A stretch of DNA of 64,000 nt. Origin: a virus. The translations under genes and the position numbers were made by a program. The notes below the pieces were generated by a model. It was not told where the DNA came from. It made no database searches and was given only the letters and a program-made list of their open reading frames with translations. Positions 28,828-36,987 of the stretch are shown piece by piece (positions within the stretch are counted from its first letter, which is position 1; each line of letters begins with the position of its first letter). The stretch lies in the IMG/VR virus record IMGVR_UViG_3300044982_000128, positions 12,839-76,838 of that record. The stretch is one strand, 5' to 3'.

Positions 28828-29186
28828 TTCAGAGGCTCCCCGAAGATGTCGAGACCGCCGTTGAAAATGGTTTTCGACGTGGCTGGTTTGGACTCTCTGG
28901 CTACCGCGGCTTTTATCGCGGCTACTCGGGGATCGTCCTCGGCAGCAGAACGGCGTGAGCGCTGTGCGACGGGCTCCGGGCCGTCAACCCGCCACACGCG
29001 AAGAGTGCCCTGGTCTGTGGCGCGAATTGTAATTTTCACGTTGGCCAAGCGGGCGGATGCGTATGCGCCGGGTCTTTTATCCTGGGGGATCTCAACGCTT
29101 TCCCCCCTGCGCATGCCGCGCAAAACGTTCGTAAAGCCCCGCAGTCTCGCATCCGGAATAGGAATGTCTCTTTGAACTTCGTACAT
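28824..29186 (-). CDS. Small basic putative DNA-binding protein, paralogue 1
   Basis: IPIP...M..GES..IP...A......R....G.LRVWRV, a recurrent phage family pattern; tail LDIFGEPLK. Confidence 0.65.
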   Translation of the reverse strand: MYEVQRDIPIPDARLRGFTNVLRGMRRGESVEIPQDKRPGAYASARLANVKITIRATDQGTLRVWRVDGPEPVAQRSRRSAAEDDPRVAAIKAAVARESKPATSKTIFNGGLDIFGEPLK

Positions 29187-29189
29187 CTG

Positions 29190-29830
29190 TCACCTCGTGT
29201 GTATAAATAGCATACACGCCTTGCTGTGATTTGAGCGTATTTGTCGGCGAGAAAGTCAAATATTTTTTGTCCGAGTGTTGGCAAACGGCGCAGAAGTATC
29301 GACTGTATGTTGTATTTTTTACGTAACAAAACGGTCTTATGCAGGTCTATTTAATGCTTTAAGGACACTTGCTTGCAGTCTTATCTAAGCTTGGATACCG
29401 TATGCTTACGAACTCGATTACGTATAACATTGGCTTAAACTCGTTCGCTTTTATGTCGCACGTATGTCGTGAAAACCAGCGTCTGCTAAGTCAGACCTAG
29501 AAGCCGGAAGCGCGCATAGGCGAAATAAGGATAATGCAACCAAGCACATTCCAAGTAAATGCGAACCGACGTACCGGGGCCGGATTGTACACGTAAATTT
29601 TCATGGATATTAAAACACACAAACATACAAAACAACAAAAAATCCTCTTATTATTTTAATTGAATTGAATCTTCTCTTAGAATAAGTAAAGAGTATAGTA
29701 AAAGCTTTGTTTTCAATGCTGATTTTTTCTACGTGAAGATTGCACTTTCCACGTAGCAGTCGGAATCGACGATTTGAAAGCCTGCCGTTGGGCCTCAATT
29801 TCGCCTTTGTCTGTTGATTTTAAACGTACT
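29190..29830. other. Long AT-rich non-coding region, candidate replication origin or control region
   Basis: No credible ORF; strongly AT-rich 29605-29730; eight ACGT cores. Confidence 0.4.
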
Positions 29831-30650
29831 TACCCTAAAGCCAGGGCCAGTATCCCCAGGATCAGCGCGAGGAGAGACCAGCCGAGGGCTCGAAGGAGGT
29901 GAGGGAGATGGGTCACAGTTCACCCGTCTTCAGGTAATCGGCGTACCAGCCGCGGACTATGGATGCCCATTCGGATCGATCGCCGTGAGGGCCTTGAAAC
30001 ACTTCTCGACCGCGTTTGAATTCGCGAATCTTCTTGATGGCCATCTTTCGGACTTCGCCTTCCCAGATGAATTGGGACAGGCGGATGACTTCCTGCCACT
30101 CGCAATGGAAGGTGAACTCTTCGAGGGATAGAGGTTGGGCTCCGCTCAGGTTTTCCATCAGTGCACTCCCACAGGCATCTCGTTGCATTCGATCGTCGCC
30201 TTTACGATCCGGTCACCGTCGTGTGTGAAGTTGACTTCGACGTTTGGCCGGCCGTTGGTCACAACGCAGGGTGGAATCTGGATTTCTTCTTTCCATTCGC
30301 CCGCGGCTAGTTGTGGCTCCGTGACGAAAGGCTTCTCTGCCGTGCTTTGGTGCCTTTCTGTGCTCGTTACAGCCGTTGTGACGAATAATCCCACTATTCC
30401 GATGACCAGGCCTGCCTGCAGGGCCACGCCGCTCCATTTCTCTCGTTGGGTCCAGTTCATTTTGCGCCCCCGTGGGAACACTCGAGCACCAAAGGGTAAG
30501 ACTTACAAGGCCACTTCTCGCGCGAGTAGGGCGCTAACACGTCACTGCCAATATTTCAGACAGTCCATTGCATAGTCCTTTCCCAAGTGGCCTTGTAAAT
30601 CTTACTGTTTAAATCTTCTTACAATTCCATTTTCTTGTCAATACTCTATT

Positions 30651-30679
30651 TTGACAAAAGTCCACTTTTCCACTATCTT
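30651..30679 (+). promoter_or_regulatory. Sigma70 promoter, probably leaderless transcript
   Basis: TTGACA-N17-TATCTT; ATG at 30687 with no SD. Confidence 0.7.
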
Positions 30680-30686
30680 TCCCACA

Positions 30687-31082
30687 ATGCCCGCATCCGT
30701 TCATCCGACTCGCAAACCGGCAAGCGCTAAAGCACAAGCGCGTATCGGCGTGTTGCGAGCTAGTAAAAAGGATCCTGTTGAGCTGACTTGGGAGCAACAA
30801 AAGGTTGCTGACCAGTGGTACTGGAAGTTTTGCCAGCGCTGGGGGAATGACTTGCCAGTGTGGCGCTGTGCGATTCTTAAGGGAGTAGCTCGGAGATTGG
30901 CTGTAAAGCCTGTACCGGTCGGGTTTGGTCGGTCCCTGCTTAATCATCGGGGTGCGAACGCTCTCGCTCGCCGATGCCGTGCACAAGGCGTACAGCATCC
31001 CCGTATCGTTGCAATGCGCCGCGGGCAGGAATGGAAACGGGCAGGACGGTCTAAATTACCCACCTGCCAGCTTCCGGTCTAG
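30687..31082 (+). CDS. Basic hypothetical protein, lone plus-strand gene in the minus block
   Basis: ATG placed at the predicted +1 of a consensus promoter. Confidence 0.55.
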   Translation: MPASVHPTRKPASAKAQARIGVLRASKKDPVELTWEQQKVADQWYWKFCQRWGNDLPVWRCAILKGVARRLAVKPVPVGFGRSLLNHRGANALARRCRAQGVQHPRIVAMRRGQEWKRAGRSKLPTCQLPV

Positions 31083-31423
31083 TGCTCTTTACTCGCCACG
31101 GTCTGAACACTTCCCGTCCGTCTACCTTTTCATACTCATCGGATGCATAACCGTTGCGTTTCATCCACGGGTAAAGTTCCGCAAGGCTAGGAAAAGCTGG
31201 CGAAATTGAACGCTCTTTTCCGTTTTCATATTGACTGAGAAACGTTGCGGTATCGCCTGTTTCAGGTACGGTGCACTGGACCTTAATGTAAAATTCGCCA
31301 TTTTGCTTCATTGGGTCATCTCTCTTTCGCTTCGGTTAAACCTGCGTAAACGAGTCCATGTTTTATTCTCATTTCGATAGTTCGATAACCATCGAAATGA
31401 TAATGTGTCTTAAATCTTTCAAA

Positions 31424-32625
31424 CTACGCGACTTGCTCTCGATTCAGTTCCAAGCGCTGCAGTTCGACCGCGTGAAAGTACAGTGTCTGAAACTTGCCAG
31501 TGACCGATTGCGAGTCGAAGGAATGGCCCTCGTACGCGCGTGCGACGTCTGCTAGGTAAAAGCATTTGACCGTCTTGTTGCCATTCGTCCGGCTATCGAA
31601 TGTTTCCATGATGACCGCATCACGCATGCGCGGAGAGAACGCCAGTTGCCAGACCCATGAGTCGCCCTCGTGATAGACGGATCCGACTCGGGTCAACTCT
31701 CCCCACTTGCCGGGCCCGCGTGCGATTGCAGTCAGAATGAAATGGTAGGCGAGCCGCTCACGTTCCGCTTGATTTTTGACGTCGACTACAGCTTGGTGTG
31801 CCGCAGAAAGCTTTCGCATAATATCCTCCGCTCTCCGACTTTCTCATCCTAGGCTTGAGACTAGGCAACGGTGCGTTACGGCCGTACAGCCAATTCAGGG
31901 ATTGAATAGCGGCGAATAGTTCCGCGCGCGTCAATCGGCCGTGTTCCGGCGAGAGACCGTTAGCTACATGGTTCATCGGATTCCGCGCGTTTTCCAGCTC
32001 CGCCCACTTGCGCGCGGTCGCTCGAGACGGGGTAATCTCGGAGCTGGTGTTTATGCCCCATTGCGTTACGCCTTGATAGCTTCCCTTGCGAACTACCTTT
32101 GAGAGTGTCATAGCAGACTCCGAATGAAATTACATGCGTCTTGACCGTATTTGCGTACGATCGCCTCTGCTGTGCTTTCGTTTTCGTTTGGTTTGATGAA
32201 TTCATCAAACTTGATTACGTCGAGTTTTAGCAAGCCTTCCCAGTAGTCTTCAAGTTTTACACCGAATACGCTGCGGAAACGTTCGGCGTCTTCAGTGCGG
32301 GGTGGAGAGGATTTGATCATGCGCTCGGTTAAGAATCGTTGTGCGATTGGTAGACGTTCGGCTGCTGTGCGGGGTAGTTTGTAAGTCATGACATCACCGT
32401 CTCAGCAGCACATTTCACGGCATCGATCAGACTTGGGCGCGGTTTGCTCAGGTCAACGTGAGAGAAGGACCCATCTAATCCGCCCTTCCATTCTGTAGGC
32501 TCACTGATTACCTTGAACCAATTACGTCCTGCTTTCGGGTTCCATACTTTGCGAACTACCGCCTTTGGGTACTTCGCTCTTACGATACTTATAGCTTCGG
32601 AATGAGTCATCGGCTCACCTCGCAT
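31424..32625 (-). other. Run of four small early hypothetical genes (32386-32625, 32108-32389, 31758-32111, 31424-31819)
   Basis: Overlapping/coupled ORFs downstream of the promoter at 32631-32659. Confidence 0.5.
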
Positions 32626-32630
32626 TCATA

Positions 32631-32659
32631 ACCCTATTACAGTTCCTCTCTCTTGTCAA
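32631..32659 (-). promoter_or_regulatory. Leftward sigma70 promoter at the main strand-divergence point
   Basis: TTGACA-N17-TAGGGT. Confidence 0.65.
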
Positions 32660-33012
32660 TAGGCCCTTACAATCTTTTTTGACTCGCCTTGTCTATCTGG
32701 CGTACACCCATAGCGAACGTGAGCCAGATCGGGCAATCGCGTCCAACTAAAGCGGGATTCCTTCACCTTGACACGGATGGGGGAGTTCCTAAGAATCTAG
32801 ATGGACAATCGGACGCGCACCAGCTCGCCGGCGCCAGTGTCGACGTCCGAATACCCCCTATGGAGTCCCCACTCTGGAAAGTCGAGCCCCCTCTCGCCGG
32901 CCGGATACGGGGCTCTCTTCTCCTTCTAAGAGGGCATACAAAATATTCAAAATTTTCTAGGTTGCAAACAAACCAAGTTGTGTTACGGTGGTTCTCGGAA
33001 AGGAAAACAACA

Positions 33013-33573
33013 ATGAGGATCACTATCACTGAAGCCTTGCAGGAAATCAAGACTCTGGTCGCCCGCATCCAGAAAAAGCGGGAGTCGGTCAAACCATATC
33101 TATTGAGAGATAGCCGTATTAAAGATCCTTTCGATAAGGACGGTGGCGTGGAAAAGTTCATTCGTGAGGAGAGGCAGTCTATCGGCGATCTGGAGGCCCG
33201 GATCATTACTATTCGGACTCAGATTCAAACATCAAATCTCGCCTCGGCTTTAGCTATTGGGGAAACGACTCGCTCGGTTGCTGAGTGGCTCACCTGGCGC
33301 CGGGAAATCTCCAAAGGTCAGAAGGAGTTTCTGCAGGTGATCTGGCAGTCTATCCAGGCCACCCGGCAGCAGGTTCAGCAGAAGGGAGGCCGGGTGGTGG
33401 CAAACGTGGCCGTGTCCACATCTGTCGCTTACACCCAGGACACTCCTCCGGAGGTCTTAGTGGGAGTTGACGAACAGGGTTTACTCAAGGAGATCGAGGC
33501 GATGGAAGAGACTCTTGGCGTGCTTGACGGTCGTTTGAGTCTCTTCAACGCAACTACCACAATCGAAATTTAA
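33013..33573 (+). CDS. DIP1984/DUF6847-like coiled-coil protein (186 aa)
   Basis: AAGGA RBS; N-terminal ITEAL.EIK.L..RI, internal SVAEWL and C-terminal LD..LS..NATT.IE match my recollection of this family; not database-verified. Confidence 0.6.
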   Translation: MRITITEALQEIKTLVARIQKKRESVKPYLLRDSRIKDPFDKDGGVEKFIREERQSIGDLEARIITIRTQIQTSNLASALAIGETTRSVAEWLTWRREISKGQKEFLQVIWQSIQATRQQVQQKGGRVVANVAVSTSVAYTQDTPPEVLVGVDEQGLLKEIEAMEETLGVLDGRLSLFNATTTIEI

Positions 33574-33579
33574 TCGGTA

Positions 33580-33878
33580 TTCCGCTTTCGGTAGCGAAAT
33601 GGGATAACAATGAGGATTTGTCAAACTAGCTCAATTGGTAGAGCGGTCGATTTTCAATCGACAGGTAACAGGTTCGATTCCTGTGCTTGACTGTCTCGCT
33701 AGAGACTTTGATGAAGAAGCTGAAAGTTAAATTCTGAAAGCTGCTTTGCTCAAGTCTGAACACTGAAAGAGAACAAGATGCTCAAAACCCTTCGTAAACC
33801 CGGCGGCGCTGGAGACAGAGCCGATGTCCTTCCTCAAAGGGGCATTCTCAGGGTGAAGGCAGCAACTTGGAAGCGGAA
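33580..33878 (+). ncRNA. Putative ~300-nt structured RNA with embedded tRNA and heptamer array
   Basis: Closing helix TTCCGCTTTCGG (33580-91) with TTGGAAGCGGAA (33867-78); internal hairpins including a GAGA tetraloop; no credible ORF. Confidence 0.7.
33620..33692 (+). tRNA. tRNA(-like) cloverleaf, anticodon TTC (Glu) on a Lys-like body, no encoded CCA
   Basis: GTCAAAC/GCTTGAC acceptor (one mismatch), GCTC/GAGC D-stem, GTCGA-TTTTCAA-TCGAC anticodon arm, ACAGG-TTCGATT-CCTGT T-arm. Confidence 0.85.
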
Positions 33879-34450
33879 ATGATTGAATCGGAAGGAAGGC
33901 TGTTCTCGCGTGGAAACCAAAACTAAAAAATGGAAGTTCGCAGGCAGCCTGCCTCCGGTTCTCATCATGAGCACCGGTCACTATCCGCTGGCCGGCGGGG
34001 CCGAACCGGGATTCGACATCTCAAAAATGCAGCTGGACGATCGCATTCTGATGAAGCAGGTTTTCTACACTACGCCAAAGCGGATTCACGGCTTGCTCCA
34101 TTATGAAAGCCCGACCCAACTCTTTTTTGTCGGCTACGATTGTGTCTTGTGCGGCGAGGTTTTCCTGGTGCCGGATTCTGTCAACAACATACGATCTTTA
34201 ACAGATGCGATGGAGCACGGATGCACGGCGTCGCCCGCCGACAGCATTGCCTACTACAAGCACACGGAGCCCAAGCCGTGACCCTCAAGATCTTCCACAA
34301 ACTCGTCTGCCTCATAAAAGGCCACTCGAAGACCCAAGAGCCCATGGTCTTCTTCCGTTCCTGGGATTCCCTTCACGAGATCGGTTCTCTCCACTGCAGG
34401 CGCTGCGGTGCGATGCTTGGTGAGTACCGAAGGAACATATCGGAGCCAAT

Positions 34451-34582
34451 ATGACCCCAGAAACTCTGCACGCCCCACACGGAGCCCAGACTTACACCTG
34501 CCCCAAGTGCCACCAAACTTTCGCCGCGCTTTTTCTTTTCAACCGCCACGCCAGAGAAGTGCACGGAGATCGTAAGATATGA
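34451..34582 (+). CDS. 43-aa C2H2 zinc-finger microprotein
   Basis: YTCPKCHQTFAALFLFNRHAREVH = C-x2-C-x12-H-x4-H; ATGA overlaps at both ends. Confidence 0.7.
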   Translation: MTPETLHAPHGAQTYTCPKCHQTFAALFLFNRHAREVHGDRKI

Positions 34583-34675
34583 CCCGCCTTTTTCATTTCG
34601 TCTGCTGGATCCGCACCGGCCATGAGTGGGTCGGAAACTTCGATCATATGTTCTGTTTCTGGTGTGGCAGACCGA

Positions 34676-35066
34676 GAAAGGCCTCTCGATGAGCAAGATT
34701 GTGATTCCTGGGGGAATGCGGGAAGCAGTCAACAAGGATGTTCAGCAAGCACCTTGGCTGGATGATGGATTCCTTTTGTCGGTGCTCGAAGCTGCGCTGC
34801 GTTGGTTGAGCGAGAATCCTGTTGTGCCAAATCGCATACAGATGCAGGACGTTGAGGCTGCGGCTCATCACGAGCCCTTACACACAACGAAATGGTTGAG
34901 CGATATTTTGGTGGAATGGCAGCGTCGCATGTTCCTCGCTCCTGAGCCGAAGATACCTGAGGGGATCCAGGATTTGCTTTACGATCCCAAGGACGGCCCT
35001 ACAAAAATGGGTCGCAACGATGCTATTCTTGAGGCCTTCTTCCGGGGAAAGGCCTCTCGATGAGCA
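34676..35066. repeat. 20-nt direct repeat GAAAGGCCTCTCGATGAGCA (34676-34695 and 35047-35066) flanking one gene
   Basis: Exact match; each copy contains an ATGA stop/start junction. Confidence 0.9.
34689..35063 (+). CDS. Hypothetical protein
   Basis: Starts and ends in the direct repeats. Confidence 0.55.
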   Translation: MSKIVIPGGMREAVNKDVQQAPWLDDGFLLSVLEAALRWLSENPVVPNRIQMQDVEAAAHHEPLHTTKWLSDILVEWQRRMFLAPEPKIPEGIQDLLYDPKDGPTKMGRNDAILEAFFRGKASR

Positions 35067-35352
35067 CGAAGCGCCGCGGCAACCCCAACTGGGGCCGGTC
35101 TGTCGATCAGATGCCCATCATGCCCGTTTCACCTTCCGGCTGGGACATGCTTCTCTACCGGCTTAACCTGAGTCCGGACAAGGCGCTCAGTAATCCGCAG
35201 GTCAGGGATTATATCCTCAAGCACCATCGCAATCGATTCGTCCCCGAGAAGGTTCTCGAACATTTTTCGCTTGATACCCGCTTCTTCGATTGATCAAATC
35301 AACTCACCCGTCTTTCACGAATTCAGTGTACGATTCTCAGTGGAGTCCAAAC

Positions 35353-35895
35353 ATGGCTCATGATCGTTACCTTCTCGAACTGCTCGACACCTGCCTCAAG
35401 ACGATCGAGCGCCAGACCAGGCGCCTGGACCACGAGGCTCAGGAAGATCGTGAGACCCTCCGCCTGATTCAGCACGAGCTACACACCATCGCAGAAGAGC
35501 TTCAGTCCCCTCCCACTCTGCCTCCCCCGCCGCCCTCAAACCTCGCAACCAGCATCAGTTTCAAGGAGACCTCTATGCTTCCGACCACAGGTGGCAACAC
35601 CCTTGTCTACACCGGCACTCTGGCCCCCGCGGGTTCAGTATTTGCGCCGGACGCAACCTTCACTGTTTCAAGCAACGATCCGGCTGTCCTGCCCACCGTG
35701 GACGCGACCGGCTTGATCGTCACCGTTCCGCTGCCTACCGGCTGGGTGGAGTCGACGACCACTCCTCTGGCCATCGCCTACACATCCGCGAGTATTAGTA
35801 CTGGCCAGACGTTGACTGCGACGATTACACCGAGCGCGCCGCCTCCGCCTCCCCCGGTCTTGGCAACAAGCATCGGTTTCACACAAACGACCTAG
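35353..35895 (+). CDS. Coiled-coil plus Ig-like domain protein with nested internal start at 35575
   Basis: GGAG RBS at 35342; second RBS AAGGAG (35563-68) before in-frame ATG 35575; FTVSSNDPAV Ig-like signature. Confidence 0.65.
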   Translation: MAHDRYLLELLDTCLKTIERQTRRLDHEAQEDRETLRLIQHELHTIAEELQSPPTLPPPPPSNLATSISFKETSMLPTTGGNTLVYTGTLAPAGSVFAPDATFTVSSNDPAVLPTVDATGLIVTVPLPTGWVESTTTPLAIAYTSASISTGQTLTATITPSAPPPPPPVLATSIGFTQTT

Positions 35896-36340
35896 TTCTC
35901 CCTGCAGCGGCGCAAGTCTGACGCATGGACACCGTCGCTGCAAACGGTTCTCGGACCTAAACCGAGTGGTGGAGGGACGGTCACCACGATGCCCCCAAGT
36001 TAAGCATGTCAACGCTGTAGGGAAGTGATTTCGGACGCGGGTTCGATTCCCGCCATGTCCACCAACAAGCCCTTGCTGCGCGGGGCGGCTATTGATACGT
36101 CAATCCGTGATGCAGAGTTCAAGGGCTTGTTTGTGGGCATGCCAAGGTTTCGACGGAATCAGCGAACTCCAGTTTCATGCCGGGATTGATGCTCACCGTA
36201 ACGAGAATCAAACTGCAACTGCGGAACCTTTCGCATTGCCGATGGCTGCCTAAGAAACAACCATCCGAGGTTTGGCCGCGTTCCTTGTCAAAGAATACGC
36301 GGTAAAGGAAAGGGCTCCAGCTTCGGCTGGGGCCTTTTTG
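35896..36340 (+). ncRNA. ssrA: Circularly permuted (two-piece) tmRNA
   Basis: Acceptor piece ends T-arm GCGGG-TTCGATT-CCCGC + CATGTCC-A-CCA (36064); intervening hairpin 36065-36134; coding piece starts GGGCATG (36135), giving G3.U70; tag ATAEPFALPMAA* at 36215-36253; pseudoknots on both pieces. The 5' boundary is approximate. Confidence 0.92.
36311..36340 (+). terminator. Rho-independent terminator ending the tmRNA transcript
   Basis: GGCTCCAGC-TTCG-GCTGGGGCC followed by TTTTT. Confidence 0.85.
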
Positions 36341-36369
36341 TTGACAATACATTCCAATCGTGACATGAT
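36341..36369 (+). promoter_or_regulatory. Sigma70 promoter, probably leaderless transcript
   Basis: TTGACA-N17-CATGAT with TG extension; ATG at 36376. Confidence 0.65.
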
Positions 36370-36375
36370 TAATCC

Positions 36376-36987
36376 ATGACCCGCGATCCCATCCCCCCGC
36401 TTCCACCTCAAATCCTTTCTACACAATCTCTGCTCGCCGCGCGCGATCTGCTTTCTCCGGCTGACTTCCGCCTGCGCCTGCGCAAGACCCTGCTGGCCAA
36501 CCCGAATCTGACTCTGCTCCAGGTGGCGCGGGAACTCAAAGTCACCCGGCAGTGCGTCGGCGCCATCGTCGGCCGCCTGAACCGTTCCACCGGCAAACCC
36601 GCGATCAAGCGAGAGCAAGCCAAGGCCAAGATGGCCGAGCTGCGCGCCATGGTAGCCGCCGGCGAGTCCGCGGAGCATGCAGCGAAGGAACTGGGGATCA
36701 GTCTGGGCCAGGCGATGACGCTGGGCTTTCGATCAAAGGCTGTGCGAGCGGTCCACGGAACGCAGGCGCGATCGGCCGCCGGGTGCGGTTGCTGGCGTTG
36801 TCGACGCGCGGCAGGTATTGCTGTTCCACGTGGAACAAAGATGGATTCGCGAGCGAAGGCTGAGGTTCTCGACCTTTTGGCCTACGTGGACCCGGATTCG
36901 GGAGAAGGTTTGAGCCAGAGACGAATCGGCGAGATGGTCGGTGCAGGGCAGGCTGCGATTTCGAGGATTGCGAGGGCAGCGGAATGA
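36376..36987 (+). CDS. Multi-HTH DNA-binding protein
   Basis: LTLLQVARELKVTRQCV, AAKELGIS and LSQRRIGEMVGAGQAAISRI; HGT...GCGC..CR Zn motif. Confidence 0.7.
   Translation: MTRDPIPPLPPQILSTQSLLAARDLLSPADFRLRLRKTLLANPNLTLLQVARELKVTRQCVGAIVGRLNRSTGKPAIKREQAKAKMAELRAMVAAGESAEHAAKELGISLGQAMTLGFRSKAVRAVHGTQARSAAGCGCWRCRRAAGIAVPRGTKMDSRAKAEVLDLLAYVDPDSGEGLSQRRIGEMVGAGQAAISRIARAAE

Noticed and set aside
32689-33012. N-terminal extension of the 294-aa ORF
   Set aside because: It crosses the promoter region; the RBS and family-like N-terminus place the start at 33013.
33651-33657. tRNA as a UGA suppressor (TCA in the loop)
   Set aside because: In the 7-nt loop TTTTCAA the canonical anticodon positions read TTC; TCA is off-register by one.
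33700-33790. CRISPR- or TIGR-like guide array
   Set aside because: Units are 7 nt with no spacers, and no Nop-domain or Cas effector was recognised.
36025-36064. tmRNA 3' fragment as an attP site
   Set aside because: The matching 5' half, tag frame and terminator are all present, and there is no adjacent integrase.
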